NCBI GenBank assembly: GCA_947626125.1
Contig: CANQRA010000001.1
Coordinates: forward strand, 8,881 to 72,880
From: an uncultured Bacilli bacterium
Lineage (GTDB): Bacteria; Bacillota_I; Bacilli_A; RF39; UBA660
Length of the DNA stretch: 64,000 nt
Direction of reading: 5' to 3'
A program made the position numbers and the translations under genes. The notes under the pieces were generated by a model. It was not told the origin of the DNA and did not search any database. It saw only the letters and a program-made list of their open reading frames with translations. This document shows, piece after piece, positions 38,384-50,260 of this stretch. The stretch's first letter is position 1. Every line of letters starts with the position of its first letter.

Positions 38384-38407
38384 ATGAGAGTGTTTCTCAT
38401 TTTTTTC
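38384..38407 (+). terminator. rho-independent terminator after the lipoprotein gene
   Basis: Stem ATGAGA/TCTCAT with a 5-nt loop, followed by T7. Confidence 0.5.
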
Positions 38408-38565
38408 ATGAAAATTGAATTTATTATAAAATATTGCCTTTTTAGTTATCAATAATGAAAGCTTTTAATCCGCGGTTAATAAAGAAATTAATCTAGCTAT
38501 TAACCCCATACTTTTGGGGTTTTTGCTTTTGTAAAGAGAAAGTGTGAAAAATTGCAATTTTTTTG

Positions 38566-38595
38566 TTGCATTTCATATAATTAGTGTGCTATAAT
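38566..38595 (+). promoter_or_regulatory. sigma-A promoter of the S10 ribosomal protein operon
   Basis: TTGCAT (-35), an 18-bp spacer and an extended -10 TGCTATAAT. A 135-nt leader runs to rpsJ. Confidence 0.5.
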
Positions 38596-38730
38596 GATAT
38601 TCGTATGACTGCGAGGATGCGCGAGGTTGCTGATACGCTAGGATAAGTTGGTAAATATTATTCTGGTAATTCAGGGAATTCGAGTTGAGCAAGTCTATAC
38701 TAGATATAGGCGAAAGGAGGACATTTAAAA

Positions 38731-39045
38731 ATGTCAAACAAAGTTAGAATCAATTTAAAAGCATACGATCATCGTTTATTAGATATCGCAGCTTCTAAAA
38801 TTGTTGAGACTGTAAAAAGAACAGGTGGGGAAGTATCTGGACCAGTACCTCTTCCAACAGAGATTGAAAAATTTACTGTTTTAAGAGCGGTTCACATGTA
38901 TAAAGACTCTCGTGAACAATTTGAAAGAAGAACTCACAAAAGACTTGTTGATATTAAAAATCCAAGTAAAGAAACTATTGATGCTTTAAGTCATTTAGAT
39001 TTACCAAGTGGCGTTGACATCGAAATTAAAACAAGTAAAAATTAA
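38731..39045 (+). CDS. rpsJ: 30S ribosomal protein S10
   Basis: '[14 protein letters not shown]', the canonical S10 sequence. Confidence 0.97.
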   Translation: MSNKVRINLKAYDHRLLDIAASKIVETVKRTGGEVSGPVPLPTEIEKFTVLRAVHMYKDSREQFERRTHKRLVDIKNPSKETIDALSHLDLPSGVDIEIKTSKN

Positions 39046-39062
39046 AGGAAGGAAAGTAGAAT

Positions 39063-39917
39063 ATGAAAGGAATCTTAGGACGCAAAGTTGGAATGACACA
39101 AGTATTTACCAAAGATGGTAAATTAATTCCAGTTACTGTTGTATCTTGTGAACCAAATGTTGTTATGCAAGTTAAAACAGTTGAAAAAGACGGCTATAAT
39201 GCGATTCAACTTGGCGTATTTGAAAAGAAAAAGAATGGTGCAAACAAAGCCGAAGTTGGGCATGCACAAAAAGCAAACACTACACCTAAGCGCTTCTTAA
39301 AAGAAATTAGAGATGTAGATGCTACTTATAATGTTGGAGATAAAATTGGGGTAGATGTATTCAGTGTTGGCGAAGTAGTCGATGTAACTGGTACATCAAA
39401 AGGTAAAGGTACACAAGGTGTTATCAAAAAGTGGAATCAATCTCGTGGACCTATGGGACATGGTTCCCATTACCATAGAGGACCTGGTTCTTTAGGTACA
39501 ATGTTACCAAAAAGAGAATTAAAAGGTAAGAAATTACCAGGCCATATGGGTGTTGAAACCGTTACTATTCAAAATTTAGAGATTATTGAAGTTAATGCAG
39601 AAGAAAATTACATCTTAGTTAGTGGCAATATTCCAGGAGCCAAAAATTCTTTAGTTTATATTAAAACCGCGATTAAAAATTCAAGAAAGGCTGAACCAAA
39701 AGAAATAGTTACTTATGAAAATGCTGAAACTGTTGTCGATGAAGTTGTTGAAGAAGTAAGTGAAAATACGGAAACTGAAAACACAGAAACGGAAGTTGAA
39801 GAAACTGCAACAGAAGAAGTAAAAGAAGAAACTGTTGAAGAAGCTGAATCAAAAGTTGAATCAAAAGAAGAAGCTAGCGAAGAAACTAAAGAAGAAAATC
39901 CTGAGGCTAATAATTAG
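39063..39917 (+). CDS. rplC: 50S ribosomal protein L3 with an ~70-aa acidic C-terminal extension
   Basis: L3 core '[15 protein letters not shown]' followed by a Glu/Thr-rich tail '[20 protein letters not shown]...'. Confidence 0.95.
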   Translation: MKGILGRKVGMTQVFTKDGKLIPVTVVSCEPNVVMQVKTVEKDGYNAIQLGVFEKKKNGANKAEVGHAQKANTTPKRFLKEIRDVDATYNVGDKIGVDVFSVGEVVDVTGTSKGKGTQGVIKKWNQSRGPMGHGSHYHRGPGSLGTMLPKRELKGKKLPGHMGVETVTIQNLEIIEVNAEENYILVSGNIPGAKNSLVYIKTAIKNSRKAEPKEIVTYENAETVVDEVVEEVSENTETENTETEVEETATEEVKEETVEEAESKVESKEEASEETKEENPEANN

Positions 39918-39937
39918 TCTTTAGAAAGGTGCTTAAA

Positions 39938-40561
39938 ATGACAAAGATAAGTGTTAAAAATTTAAAGGGTGAAGTTGTTAAGGACCTTACTCTTGATAGT
40001 AAAATATGGAATATTGAAGTTAATGATGATGCATTAAAGAAGATGATTCGTTTACAACTAGATAGTATGCGTCAAGGTACAAGAAAAACTAAGACAAGAG
40101 CAGAAGTATCTGGTGGTGGTAGAAAGCCTTGGAAACAAAAAGGTACAGGCCGTGCTCGTCAAGGTAGTATTCGGGCTACACAATGGCGTGGTGGTGGAAT
40201 TCCTATTGGGGTTAATCCAAGAGATTATACATTCAAGATTAATAAAAAGGAAAGAAGCCTAGCATTAAAAACTGCTTTAACATATAAAGTAAAAGATAAA
40301 GCTCTAGTAGTAGTTGATGATATTAAATTTAATTCATTAAAAACGAAAGATGCTGTTCAAATGTTAGAGGATTTAAAATTAAAAGGAAAAGTAATTTTTG
40401 TTACGAAAGATGAAAATGAAAATTTCTATATGGCTACAAGAAATTTAGGCAATGTTCTAGTTTTAATGGCTGATGAAATTAACTGTTATGATTTAGTAAA
40501 CGCTGATATGTTAGTGGTTGAAGAAGATGCAGTTAAACAAATTGAGGAGGGGATTAAATAA
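39938..40561 (+). CDS. rplD: 50S ribosomal protein L4
   Basis: L4 family. The start is placed at ATG 39938 after Shine-Dalgarno GAAAGGTG. The ORF track begins at GTG 39929. Confidence 0.93.
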   Translation: MTKISVKNLKGEVVKDLTLDSKIWNIEVNDDALKKMIRLQLDSMRQGTRKTKTRAEVSGGGRKPWKQKGTGRARQGSIRATQWRGGGIPIGVNPRDYTFKINKKERSLALKTALTYKVKDKALVVVDDIKFNSLKTKDAVQMLEDLKLKGKVIFVTKDENENFYMATRNLGNVLVLMADEINCYDLVNADMLVVEEDAVKQIEEGIK

Positions 40562-40836
40562 TGAAACATTATAGTGATATTATTTATTCGCCAGTTATTA
40601 CAGAAAAAAGCATGAATGCTAGAAAGAATAATGTTTATACATTTAAAGTTAGCAAAAGTGCTACAAAAGACGAAATTAAATATGCTGTTGAAGAAGCATT
40701 TAAAGTTAGTGTTAAAAGTGTTAATACTTTAAATACTAAAACGAAAAAACGTAGAGTAGGAAGATATGAGGGTACTACTAAAGCTTATAAGAAAGCTATT
40801 GTTACTCTAAATGAAGGCTCTACCATAGATTTATAG
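40561..40836 (+). CDS. rplW: 50S ribosomal protein L23
   Basis: Conserved S10-operon order. 91 aa. Confidence 0.93.
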   Translation: MKHYSDIIYSPVITEKSMNARKNNVYTFKVSKSATKDEIKYAVEEAFKVSVKSVNTLNTKTKKRRVGRYEGTTKAYKKAIVTLNEGSTIDL

Positions 40837-40849
40837 GAGGAATTAAATA

Positions 40850-41683
40850 ATGGCAATAAAACATTTTAGACCTACAACTAATGGACGTAGGGGAATGAGT
40901 ACATTAGGTAATGAAGAAATTACTATTAAAAATAATCCTACTAAATCTTTAGTTGTTAAAGTTAATAAAACTGGTGGAAGAAATAATCAAGGTAAACTTA
41001 CTGTTCGCCATATTGGTGGAGGACATACTAAGAAATACCGGGTTATTGATTATAAGAGAGATAAAATTGGGGTAACTGGTCGTGTTGCAACTATTGAATA
41101 CGATCCAAATAGAAATGCCAATATCGCATTAATTAATTATCGTGATGGCGAAAAAAGATATATCATTGCGCCAAACGGTTTAAAAGTTAATATGATTATT
41201 GAAAATGGCGAAGGTGCTGATATTAAAGTTGGTAACTCTTTACCTTTACAAAACATTCCTGTTGGTACAATGGTTCATTGTATTGAGCTAAAACCTGGTA
41301 AGGGTGCCGAAATTTGCCGTGCTGCTGGTGCTGGTGCTCAAATTCTAGGCCGTGATGGTAAATATGTAATAGTTCGTTTACAATCAGGCGAAACAAGAAA
41401 AATACTAGGCGTATGTATTGCCACAATTGGTGTTGTTGGTAATGAAGATGCTAACTTAGTAAATCTTGGTAAAGCCGGAAGAAAAAGACATTTGGGAATT
41501 AGACCTACTAACCGTGGTAGCGTAATGAACCCTAACGATCACCCACATGGTGGTGGTGAAGGTAGAGCACCTGTCGGGCGTAAGAGTCCAATGACACCTT
41601 GGGGTAAACCTGCCCTTGGTCATAAAACTCGTAAAACTAAAAAAGCTTCTGAAAAACTAATTATCAGTAGGAAGAGTAAATAG
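40850..41683 (+). CDS. rplB: 50S ribosomal protein L2
   Basis: 'GGGHKRLYR-like' and 'HPHGGGEG' motifs. Confidence 0.97.
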   Translation: MAIKHFRPTTNGRRGMSTLGNEEITIKNNPTKSLVVKVNKTGGRNNQGKLTVRHIGGGHTKKYRVIDYKRDKIGVTGRVATIEYDPNRNANIALINYRDGEKRYIIAPNGLKVNMIIENGEGADIKVGNSLPLQNIPVGTMVHCIELKPGKGAEICRAAGAGAQILGRDGKYVIVRLQSGETRKILGVCIATIGVVGNEDANLVNLGKAGRKRHLGIRPTNRGSVMNPNDHPHGGGEGRAPVGRKSPMTPWGKPALGHKTRKTKKASEKLIISRKSK

Positions 41684-41692
41684 GAGGATAAT

Positions 41693-41962
41693 ATGGCAAG
41701 AAGTTTGAAAAAAGGACCTTATGTTTTAGATTCACTTTTAAAAAAGGTTCGTGAATTAAATAAAGAAAATAAGAAAACAGTTATTAAAACTTGGTCAAGA
41801 AGAAGTACTATTTATCCTGATTTTGTTGGCCATACAATCGCCATACATAATGGAAAAGACTTTATTCCAGTATATATAACTGAAGAAATGGTTGGCCATA
41901 AACTTGGCGAGTTTGCATTAACTCGTAAGTTTACAGGACATGCTGGTGGAGGTAATAAATAA
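41693..41962 (+). CDS. rpsS: 30S ribosomal protein S19
   Basis: '[11 protein letters not shown]...[10 protein letters not shown]'. Confidence 0.97.
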   Translation: MARSLKKGPYVLDSLLKKVRELNKENKKTVIKTWSRRSTIYPDFVGHTIAIHNGKDFIPVYITEEMVGHKLGEFALTRKFTGHAGGGNK

Positions 41963-42315
41963 TGGAAGCTTACGCAATACATAAAGGCGCAATTATTAAA
42001 CCTCGTCTTGCTCGTATGACTATGGATTTAGTTAGAGGAAAAGATGTAGAAAGCGCAAGAAATATACTAGAAACCACAAATACAAAAGCTAGCAGATTAA
42101 TTCTTAAAGTCTTAAATTCTGCTGTTGCAAATGCTGTTAACAATAATGGAATGAACGAAAGTGATTTAGTTATTAAAGAATGTTTTGTTAATCCGGGAAG
42201 AGTATTAAAAAGAATTCAATTTGCTTCTCGTGGTAATGTTGATAGACATGATAAGAGAACAAGTCATATTAAAGTAGTTGTTACAGACAATAAAATGGAA
42301 GGAGAAAATGCATAA
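41962..42315 (+). CDS. rplV: 50S ribosomal protein L22
   Basis: 117 aa. Operon position. Confidence 0.93.
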   Translation: MEAYAIHKGAIIKPRLARMTMDLVRGKDVESARNILETTNTKASRLILKVLNSAVANAVNNNGMNESDLVIKECFVNPGRVLKRIQFASRGNVDRHDKRTSHIKVVVTDNKMEGENA

Positions 42316-42995
42316 TGGGACAAAAAGTTAATCCAATCGGTTACCGTTTAGGTGTTAATAAAGATTGGGATTCACGTTGGTATAGTAAAAAAGATTATGC
42401 TGATAACTTAAATAAAGATATAAAAATTCGTGAATATATCCTAAAGAATTTAAAAGATGCATCTATTTCTTCTGTTATTATTGAAAGAAAGAAAAATAGA
42501 GCTGATGTTACAATCACTACTGCTAAACCTGGTGTAATCATCGGTCGTGGTGGTGAAGACATCGAAAAATTACGCAAAAAAGTTTCAGCTCTTGTTAATG
42601 AAGAAGTATTTATTAACATTGTTGAAGAAAAAAATCCTAATTTAAATGCTAAGTTAGTTGCGGATAATATTGCTATGCAAATTGAAAATAGAGCTCCTTT
42701 TAGAGCAGCACAAAAAAGAGCAATTAGAGATACAATGAAAGCTGGCGCTAAAGGAATTAAAACTTTAGTAAGTGGAAGACTTAATGGAGTAGAAATGGCT
42801 CGTAGTGAAGGTTATACTGAAGGTACAGTTCCATTACATACTATTCGTGCGGACATTGATTATGCGCAAAGCGAAGCTAATACAACATATGGAAAAATTG
42901 GGGTAAAGGTATGGATTTATAAAGATGAAATTCTACCTAGTAAGAAACAAATTAAAAAGGAGGCGACTTTAGATGTTAATGCCAAAGAGGACTAA
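42315..42995 (+). CDS. rpsC: 30S ribosomal protein S3
   Basis: '[13 protein letters not shown]' and a KH domain. Confidence 0.97.
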   Translation: MGQKVNPIGYRLGVNKDWDSRWYSKKDYADNLNKDIKIREYILKNLKDASISSVIIERKKNRADVTITTAKPGVIIGRGGEDIEKLRKKVSALVNEEVFINIVEEKNPNLNAKLVADNIAMQIENRAPFRAAQKRAIRDTMKAGAKGIKTLVSGRLNGVEMARSEGYTEGTVPLHTIRADIDYAQSEANTTYGKIGVKVWIYKDEILPSKKQIKKEATLDVNAKED

Positions 42996-43386
42996 ATACA
43001 GAAAGTCGCATAGATTAACATATGATGGTCATGCTAAAGGAAATACTACTTTAACTAAAGGTGATTATGGTCTTGTAGCATTAGAGGGAGCATGGGTTTC
43101 TGCTCGACAAATCGAAGCTGCTCGTATTGCAATGACTCGTTATATGAAACGTGGTGGTAAAGTATTTATTAATATTTTCCCACATCTACCTTTAACTATG
43201 AAACCTTTAGAAACTCGTCAAGGAAAAGGTAAAGGTAACGTTGAACAATATGTTGCCGTAGTTAAAGAAGGTAAAATTATGTTTGAAATAAGTGATATTG
43301 ATGAAGCAACAGCTAGAGAAGCTTTAAGACTTGCTTCTCATAAATTACCAATCAAATGTAAATTCATTAAAAAGGATGGTGAATAA
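42973..43386 (+). CDS. rplP: 50S ribosomal protein L16
   Basis: '[11 protein letters not shown]'. Confidence 0.97.
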   Translation: MLMPKRTKYRKSHRLTYDGHAKGNTTLTKGDYGLVALEGAWVSARQIEAARIAMTRYMKRGGKVFINIFPHLPLTMKPLETRQGKGKGNVEQYVAVVKEGKIMFEISDIDEATAREALRLASHKLPIKCKFIKKDGE

Positions 43387-43388
43387 AA

Positions 43389-43592
43389 GTGGATATTAAA
43401 GAAATTAGAAAATTATCTGATGCTGATTTAAAGAAAAAGATAATTGAAACTAAAGAAGATTTATTCACAAAAAGAATGCAACAAGCTAATGGTACTCTTG
43501 ATAAACCCGTGGTTTTAAGAGAACTAAGAAGAAATGTTGCTAAAATGAAAACTGTTCTTAAAGAAAGAGAATTAGAGGAGGCGTCTAAATAA
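43389..43592 (+). CDS. rpmC: 50S ribosomal protein L29 (GTG start)
   Basis: 67 aa, '[13 protein letters not shown]'. Operon position. Confidence 0.9.
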   Translation: MDIKEIRKLSDADLKKKIIETKEDLFTKRMQQANGTLDKPVVLRELRRNVAKMKTVLKERELEEASK

Positions 43593-43849
43593 TGGCTAAA
43601 AGAGTTCAAGAATTAGTTGGTAAAGTTGTAAGTGACAAAAATGATAAAACTATCACTGTTTTAGTCGAAACTTACAAACGTCATCCACTATATAATAAAC
43701 GTGTAAAATATTCTAAAAAATATCATGCACATGATGAAGAAAATAAAGCTAAAATAGGAGATACAGTTAGAATAAGACTTACGAAACCTATTTCTAAATT
43801 AAAGAAATATGAATTAGTAGAAGTTTTAGAAAAAGCTGTTGTACTTTAG
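43592..43849 (+). CDS. rpsQ: 30S ribosomal protein S17
   Basis: '[17 protein letters not shown]'. Confidence 0.95.
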   Translation: MAKRVQELVGKVVSDKNDKTITVLVETYKRHPLYNKRVKYSKKYHAHDEENKAKIGDTVRIRLTKPISKLKKYELVEVLEKAVVL

Positions 43850-43861
43850 GAGGTAATACTT

Positions 43862-44230
43862 ATGGTTCAAGAAGAAACAAGATTAAAAGTTGCTGATAAT
43901 ACTGGTGCTCGTGAACTTCTAGTTATTAGAGTTATGGGTGGTAGTAAAGTTAAAAGTGGCAACATTGGCGATGTTGTTGTTGGTACTGTTAAGAAAGCCA
44001 TTCCTAATAGTAATATGCCTAAAGGTAAAGTTGTTAAAGCAGTTATTGTAAGAACTGTGGAAGGCGTAAGAAGAGAAGACGGCTCTTATATTAAATTTGA
44101 TGATAATGCTTGTGTACTTATTAAAGATGATAAATCACCAATTGGTACGAGAGTATTAGGACCAGTAGCTAGAGAATTAAGAGAAAAAGATTATATGAAA
44201 ATTGTCTCTTTAGCTCCTGAGGTTTTATAG
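43862..44230 (+). CDS. rplN: 50S ribosomal protein L14
   Basis: '[16 protein letters not shown]'. Confidence 0.97.
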   Translation: MVQEETRLKVADNTGARELLVIRVMGGSKVKSGNIGDVVVGTVKKAIPNSNMPKGKVVKAVIVRTVEGVRREDGSYIKFDDNACVLIKDDKSPIGTRVLGPVARELREKDYMKIVSLAPEVL

Positions 44231-44238
44231 GAGGAAAT

Positions 44239-44598
44239 ATGAAGATTAAAGTAAACGATATGGTTAAAGTTTTATCTGGCGAAGATAAAGGTAAAACTGG
44301 TAAAGTACTTAAAACTTTAAAAGCTCAAAACAAAGTTGTTGTTGAGGGCGTAAATATTTCTAAAAGACATACAAAACCAAGAACAACAAATGAAAGTGGC
44401 GGTATTTTTGAAATTGAAATGCCTATCCATGTTTCTAATGTTAAATTAGTTGATAAAAAAGATACGAAAAAAGCAGAAGCTAAAAAAGAAGAAAAGACAG
44501 AAGTAAAGAAAACAACAGCAAAAAAGACTTCTACGAAAAAAGAAGTAGCAAAAGATACAGAGACAACGAAGAAAACAACAAAGAAAGCTAGTAAGTAG
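44239..44598 (+). CDS. rplX: 50S ribosomal protein L24 with a Lys/Thr-rich C-terminal tail
   Basis: KOW motif '[15 protein letters not shown]'. The tail reads '[20 protein letters not shown]...'. Confidence 0.93.
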   Translation: MKIKVNDMVKVLSGEDKGKTGKVLKTLKAQNKVVVEGVNISKRHTKPRTTNESGGIFEIEMPIHVSNVKLVDKKDTKKAEAKKEEKTEVKKTTAKKTSTKKEVAKDTETTKKTTKKASK

Positions 44599-44606
44599 GT
44601 GAATAT

Positions 44607-45146
44607 ATGAGTAATTTTAAAGAATTATATGAATCAAAAATTAAAAATGATTTAAAAAAAGAATTAAATTATAAAAGTATTATGGAAGTACCAAAACTAG
44701 AAAAAATTGTTATCAATATGGGTGTTGGTGAAGGAAGCCATGATGCTAAATTTATTGAAGCCGCTGTTAAAGACCTAGAATTAATCGCTGGTCAAAAAGC
44801 AGTTGTTACAAATGCTCGTAAATCTATTGCTGGTTTTAAATTAAGAGAAGGACAACCTGTTGGAGTTAAAGTAACTCTACGGGGAGAAAACATGTACAAT
44901 TTCATGGAAAAATTAATTAGAGTATCTCTACCAAGAGTTAGAGACTTCCGTGGTATATCTGCTCATGCTTTTGATGGCCATGGTAACTATACTTTAGGAA
45001 TTAAAGAACAATTAATCTTCCCTGAAATTGAATACGACAATGTTTATAAAATTCGTGGTATGGATATCGTATTTGTTACCACAGCAAAGAGTAATGAAGA
45101 AGCATATGCATTACTAAAGGCATTTGGAATGCCATTTAAAGGTTAG
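44607..45146 (+). CDS. rplE: 50S ribosomal protein L5
   Basis: 179 aa. Operon position. Confidence 0.95.
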   Translation: MSNFKELYESKIKNDLKKELNYKSIMEVPKLEKIVINMGVGEGSHDAKFIEAAVKDLELIAGQKAVVTNARKSIAGFKLREGQPVGVKVTLRGENMYNFMEKLIRVSLPRVRDFRGISAHAFDGHGNYTLGIKEQLIFPEIEYDNVYKIRGMDIVFVTTAKSNEEAYALLKAFGMPFKG

Positions 45147-45154
45147 GTGTAAAT

Positions 45155-45340
45155 ATGGCTAAAACAAGTTTAAAAGTTAAAAATAAAAGAAAACAAAAAT
45201 TCTCTACAAGAGAATATACAAGATGTGAAAGATGTGGAAGACCACACGCTGTTCTAAGCAAATTTAAATTATGTCGTATTTGTTTTAGAGAACTTGCAAA
45301 CGAAGGTCAAATACCTGGCGTAAAGAAATCTAGTTGGTAG
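45155..45340 (+). CDS. rpsN: 30S ribosomal protein S14, type Z (zinc-binding, 61 aa)
   Basis: '[20 protein letters not shown]', a C4 zinc ribbon. Confidence 0.95.
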   Translation: MAKTSLKVKNKRKQKFSTREYTRCERCGRPHAVLSKFKLCRICFRELANEGQIPGVKKSSW

Positions 45341-45356
45341 AAGGAGGAGCTAAAGA

Positions 45357-45755
45357 ATGTTTGTACAAGATAAAATAGCTGATATGTTAACGCGTATAAG
45401 AAATGCCAATATTATGAAGTATCCAACTGTCGAAGTTGTGGGAACTAAAATGACTTTAGGTATTGCGGAAATCTTAAAACGCGAAGGATATATTACAGAT
45501 TTTAATTATGAAAAAAGTTCTAAAGGTGATACTTTAACCTTAACCCTAAAATATGGTGCTAAGAAAGAAAGAGTTATTACTGGTCTTAGAAGAATAAGTA
45601 AATCAGGATTAAGAGTTTATGCTAAAGCTTCAGAAGTTCCTCGTGTTTTAAATGGCTTAGGTATTGCTATTATCTCGACTTCTAAAGGTTTAATGACTGA
45701 TAAAGAAGCTAGAGAGGCTAAGTTAGGAGGCGAAGTCCTTGCCTATATTTGGTAA
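45357..45755 (+). CDS. rpsH: 30S ribosomal protein S8
   Basis: '[13 protein letters not shown]'. Confidence 0.97.
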   Translation: MFVQDKIADMLTRIRNANIMKYPTVEVVGTKMTLGIAEILKREGYITDFNYEKSSKGDTLTLTLKYGAKKERVITGLRRISKSGLRVYAKASEVPRVLNGLGIAIISTSKGLMTDKEAREAKLGGEVLAYIW

Positions 45756-45761
45756 GTAATT

Positions 45762-46298
45762 ATGAGTAGAATAGGTGAAAGAAAATTAGCTATACCAGCA
45801 GGTATAGATGTAACAGTAGATAATAATGTCATTACTGTTAAAGGTAGTAAAGGCGAACTTAGCTTAAGTTTTAGTAATTTAATTGATGTTAAAGTTGAAG
45901 ATGGTTGCGTCTTAACAAAACAAATTAATGAAACTAAAGAAGCAAATATGATTCAAGGAACCACAAATTCTCTAATCAAAAGTATGTTAGATGGTATATC
46001 TGTGGGTTTTGAAAAAGGACTAGAAGCTGTTGGTGTTGGGTACAGATTTAATGTTCAAGGTAATAAAATCATCATCAATGCTGGATACTCTCATCCAGTT
46101 GAAATTGTGATACCTGAAGGACTATCTTGTGAATTAGTAAGTAATACAGAAATTACTATTAAAGGTATTGATAAACAAAAAGTTGCAGAATTTGCAGCTA
46201 ATATCCGTAAAGTAAGAAGTCCAGAACCATATAAAGGTAAAGGTATTCGTTATAAAGGCGAATTTGTTCGTCGTAAAGAAGGAAAGAAAGCGGCTTAA
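45762..46298 (+). CDS. rplF: 50S ribosomal protein L6
   Basis: 'MSRIGERKLAIPAGIDV'. Confidence 0.95.
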   Translation: MSRIGERKLAIPAGIDVTVDNNVITVKGSKGELSLSFSNLIDVKVEDGCVLTKQINETKEANMIQGTTNSLIKSMLDGISVGFEKGLEAVGVGYRFNVQGNKIIINAGYSHPVEIVIPEGLSCELVSNTEITIKGIDKQKVAEFAANIRKVRSPEPYKGKGIRYKGEFVRRKEGKKAA

Positions 46299-46309
46299 GG
46301 AGGTAAATT

Positions 46310-46666
46310 ATGATAAGAAAAGAATCAAGTAACGCAATGCGTCAAATTAGACATAAAAGAATAAGAAAAACTTTAAGCGGTACTAAAGAAATGCCAAGAC
46401 TTAATGTTTTCCGTTCAAATTCTGAAATTTATGCTCAAGTTATTGATGATGAAAAAGGTGTAACTTTAGTATCATCATCAAGCCGTGCTCTAAAACTTGC
46501 TAATGGTGGCAATATTGAAGCTGCTAAAGCAGTAGGTAAAGATATTGCTGAAAAATGCAAGAAAGCAAAAATTAATAAAGTAGTATTCGATCGTGGCGGT
46601 TACCTATATCATGGTCGTGTAAGTGCTCTAGCCGATGCTGCTAGGGAAGCAGGATTAGAGATATAA
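46310..46666 (+). CDS. rplR: 50S ribosomal protein L18
   Basis: 118 aa. Operon position. Confidence 0.93.
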   Translation: MIRKESSNAMRQIRHKRIRKTLSGTKEMPRLNVFRSNSEIYAQVIDDEKGVTLVSSSSRALKLANGGNIEAAKAVGKDIAEKCKKAKINKVVFDRGGYLYHGRVSALADAAREAGLEI

Positions 46667-46676
46667 GGAGGATATT

Positions 46677-47195
46677 ATGGATAAAAAAGTCGTTAATAGA
46701 AAAAATAATGATGCCAAGAAAAATTTATTAGAAGAAAAAGTTATTTCAATATCTAAGGTAACTAAAGTTACAAAAGGTGGAAGACATTTTCGTTTTAAAG
46801 CTGATGTAGCTGTTGGTAATAGAAAAGGTTTAATAGGTATTGGAACTGGTAAGGCTAATGAAGTTTCTGAAGCTATTAAGAAAGCCATCCAAGCTGCTAA
46901 TAAGAATGTAGTTAAAATATCTTTGGTAGATAATCGTACTATTCCTCATGAAACAACTGGTAAAGTTGGTCGTAGTATTGTTCTTATTAAACCTGCTAAA
47001 GAAGGTCGTGGGATTATCGCTGGTGGAGCTGCTCGTGCTGTATTAGAACTTGCTGGCGTTAAAGATATTGTTGCTAAGAGTTTAGGAGCAAATACACAAA
47101 TCAATGTTGCTAAAGCCACATTAATGGGATTACAAGCCCAAAGAACTCCAGAACATATTGCAGAACTTCGTGGCAAAAAGGTGGAGGAATTATAA
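46677..47195 (+). CDS. rpsE: 30S ribosomal protein S5
   Basis: '[15 protein letters not shown]'. No rpmD (L30) follows. Confidence 0.95.
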   Translation: MDKKVVNRKNNDAKKNLLEEKVISISKVTKVTKGGRHFRFKADVAVGNRKGLIGIGTGKANEVSEAIKKAIQAANKNVVKISLVDNRTIPHETTGKVGRSIVLIKPAKEGRGIIAGGAARAVLELAGVKDIVAKSLGANTQINVAKATLMGLQAQRTPEHIAELRGKKVEEL

Positions 47196-47196
47196 G

Positions 47197-47640
47197 ATGA
47201 GATTAGAAAATTTACCAAAATCTAAAGAAACAAAAGGAATAAAAAGAGTAGGAAGAGGACCAGGAAGTGGAATGGGTAAAACTTCTACCCGTGGAGAAAA
47301 AGGGCAAAAAGCTAGAAGTGGTTCATCAATTCCAGCATGGTTCCAAGGTGGTCAATCTCCATTATATAGAAGAATTCCTAAAAGAGGATTCAATAATAAA
47401 AGATTTAGATGTGAATTTGCAACAATTAATCTAAATGCTTTAAATAACTTCTTTAAAGATGGCGATGTTGTAACACCAGAAGTATTAAAGGAAAGAGGAA
47501 TAATTAAAGACGCACTATGTGGTATTAAGGTACTAGCTAATGGCACCCTAGATAAAAAATTAACTGTTAAAGCACATAGATTTTCAAGTAAGGCTGTAAC
47601 TAAAATAGAACAAGCCGGCGGTAAAGCAGAGGTGATTTAG
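47197..47640 (+). CDS. rplO: 50S ribosomal protein L15
   Basis: The start is placed at 'MRLENLPKS', one nt after the rpsE stop. '[26 protein letters not shown]'. Confidence 0.93.
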   Translation: MRLENLPKSKETKGIKRVGRGPGSGMGKTSTRGEKGQKARSGSSIPAWFQGGQSPLYRRIPKRGFNNKRFRCEFATINLNALNNFFKDGDVVTPEVLKERGIIKDALCGIKVLANGTLDKKLTVKAHRFSSKAVTKIEQAGGKAEVI

Positions 47641-48882
47641 ATGTTTCGTGGGTTTTCCCAACTATTCTCTAAATCTAATAAAGATTTAAGAAAAAGAATT
47701 TATTTTACCCTTTTCTGTTTAGGATTATTCTGTTTAGGAACAACTATTACAGTTCCTTGGGTCGATGGTGTAATTGAAGGTTTAGGTGCCCTAGAAATCT
47801 TTAACTTAATGAGTGGTGGAGGATTACAAAATGTTTCCATCTTTGCTCTAGGTGTATCGCCATACATTACCGCATCCATTATTACCCAATTATTACAAAT
47901 GGATATTATCCCATATTTTAGTGAATTAAAAGAAGAGGGATATACTGGAAGACAAAAAATCAATAAAATAACGAGATATTTAGCAATCATCTTTGCCTTT
48001 GCTCAAGCTTATGCTTTATGTATGTTATACAATAAAACTTTAGGTTTAACAGCAGGCGAAATGGTAGCTACTTCCGTAGTTATGACGGCTGGTACCTCAT
48101 TCTGCTTATGGTTAGGCGATGAGATTACTAAAAAAGGTATTGGTAATGGAACCTCAATGATTATTTTAGCGGGGATTCTATTCAGTATGCCAAATGTCTT
48201 TATAAATGCATATAACGGTTTAAATATCTTTATGTTTATCTTATTTGTTATTGTATATATTCTTGTTTTAGTAGGGGTTATTTATACTGAACTTGCCGAA
48301 AGAAGAATTCCTATTCAATACGCAAATAGAACGAATAGTGCTTATGGTGCTGAACAAAGTTATTTACCAATTAAACTTAACTCTGCCGGAGTTATTCCCG
48401 TTATTTTTGCGCAAATAATTTTGACAATCCCTTCAACTGTTGCCGCTTTATTAAATAGTGAAAAAGCCATTGCCTTTATGAATAAATGGATTGTTCCATC
48501 ATCAAATACAGGAATTATCTTATACTTATTTTTGATTTTCTTCTTTGGTTATTTCTATACATTTATGATGATGAATCCTGATGAAATGAGCAAAAATTTA
48601 AATGAAAGAGGAGGTTACATTCCGGGAGTTAGACCTGGAAGTGATACTTCTAAATACATATCTAACTCAATAAGTAAACTTACAATCGTTGGTAGTATCT
48701 TCTTAATGATTATTGCTATTCTACCTATATTAGTGGCTAAGTTCTCCAGTTTAGGTAGTGCTATATCTATTGGTGGTACTGGTTTATTAATCGTCGTTGG
48801 TGTAGCTATTGAAACATATAAACAATTAGAAAGTAGTTTACTAGCAAGAAGTTATAAAGAAAAAAGGAGAAAATTAAGATAA
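47641..48882 (+). CDS. secY: preprotein translocase subunit SecY
   Basis: 413 aa with 10 TM helices. Operon position. Confidence 0.95.
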   Translation: MFRGFSQLFSKSNKDLRKRIYFTLFCLGLFCLGTTITVPWVDGVIEGLGALEIFNLMSGGGLQNVSIFALGVSPYITASIITQLLQMDIIPYFSELKEEGYTGRQKINKITRYLAIIFAFAQAYALCMLYNKTLGLTAGEMVATSVVMTAGTSFCLWLGDEITKKGIGNGTSMIILAGILFSMPNVFINAYNGLNIFMFILFVIVYILVLVGVIYTELAERRIPIQYANRTNSAYGAEQSYLPIKLNSAGVIPVIFAQIILTIPSTVAALLNSEKAIAFMNKWIVPSSNTGIILYLFLIFFFGYFYTFMMMNPDEMSKNLNERGGYIPGVRPGSDTSKYISNSISKLTIVGSIFLMIIAILPILVAKFSSLGSAISIGGTGLLIVVGVAIETYKQLESSLLARSYKEKRRKLR

Positions 48883-49520
48883 TGAAAAGTGTGATTTTTA
48901 TTGCTCCTCCTGCCGCGGGGAAAGGTTCGCAAAGTTCTAAATTAGAAGATTTAGGCTATACACATATTTCAGCCGGGGATTTACTAAGAGAAGAAATTGC
49001 GAACGAAACAACTTTAGGAGTAGCTATTAAAAAAATCGTCGCGGAAGGAAAATTAGTCAATGATGATATGGTTCACGAACTTATTAAGAATAAGTTATTA
49101 TCCATTAAGAAGCCATTCATTTTAGATGGTTATCCAAGAACGATATATCAAACGCATTTATTAGAGCAATTATTTAAAGAAATGAACATAAATGATTATG
49201 AAGTAATTTATTTAGATATTACTCTAGAGGAAGCATTAAAAAGAGCACTTGGTCGTCTTACTTGTTCTTGTGGGGCTTCATATAATATATATTATGATAA
49301 TATGAAACCTCTTAAAGATGGTTATTGTGATAAATGTGGTAAAGAATTAACTAAAAGAGCTGATGATAATGAAGAATCTTTTAGTGTTAGATTTAAAACA
49401 TTTAAAGAAAACATTCAACCAATCATGGAATATTATAAAAATATTAATAAACTACACATTGTTGATGCAATGTTAAGTAGTGAAGAAATTGCAGATAGAA
49501 TTAAGGAAATTTTAATATGA
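48882..49520 (+). CDS. adk: adenylate kinase (zinc-lid type)
   Basis: P-loop 'GPPAAGKGSQ-like' and a lid with 'CSCG...CDKCG'. Confidence 0.93.
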   Translation: MKSVIFIAPPAAGKGSQSSKLEDLGYTHISAGDLLREEIANETTLGVAIKKIVAEGKLVNDDMVHELIKNKLLSIKKPFILDGYPRTIYQTHLLEQLFKEMNINDYEVIYLDITLEEALKRALGRLTCSCGASYNIYYDNMKPLKDGYCDKCGKELTKRADDNEESFSVRFKTFKENIQPIMEYYKNINKLHIVDAMLSSEEIADRIKEILI

Positions 49521-50260
49521 TTAGTATCAAGAGTGAAAGAGAAATTGAATTAATGAAACATGCTGGGCATATCAATTATTTAACTCATCAAGAAGTAGCT
49601 AAGCATTTAAGAGTGGGGATTACCACTAAAGAATTAAATGACCTAGCGCACAAATTTATTTTAGCTAATGATTGTAAGCCGTCATTCTTAGGATTTGAGG
49701 GCTACCCAGCAAGTATCTGTGTATCTATAAACGATGAAATTGTTCATGGCATTCCTGGTAAAAGAAAAATTAAAAATGGGGATGTTGTGTCGATTGATAT
49801 CGGTGTAGAATATAAAGGATATCATTCCGATTCAGCAAATACTTATATTGTTGGCCAAGTTAAACCGGAAGTAGAAGCTTTAGTAGCGAATACAAAAAAA
49901 TCATTATATGAAGGTTTGAGCGCCATTAAGGAAGGTGCTAAAATCAGCGATATCGGAAGCAAAGTAGAAAGTTATGCAAAAAAATGTAACTTAGGTGTTG
50001 TTCAAGAATTAGTAGGACATGGTGTTGGAACGAGCATTCATGAAGATCCCGATGTTCCCAATTACTATACACCAAATACCCGCGTATTGAAAGCTGGTAT
50101 GGTCATTGCTGTGGAACCCATGTTAAATCTTGGTTCAAGGCATGTGTACTTAGAAGAAAATGATTGGACAGTAAGAACGGAAGATGGACTACCTAGTGCC
50201 CATTTTGAACATACAGTATTAGTTACTAAAGATGGATATGTTATATTAACGGGAGAGTGA
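49517..50260 (+). CDS. map: type I methionine aminopeptidase
   Basis: Metal ligands are present in '[12 protein letters not shown]' and 'HGVGTSIHE'. Confidence 0.95.
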   Translation: MISIKSEREIELMKHAGHINYLTHQEVAKHLRVGITTKELNDLAHKFILANDCKPSFLGFEGYPASICVSINDEIVHGIPGKRKIKNGDVVSIDIGVEYKGYHSDSANTYIVGQVKPEVEALVANTKKSLYEGLSAIKEGAKISDIGSKVESYAKKCNLGVVQELVGHGVGTSIHEDPDVPNYYTPNTRVLKAGMVIAVEPMLNLGSRHVYLEENDWTVRTEDGLPSAHFEHTVLVTKDGYVILTGE

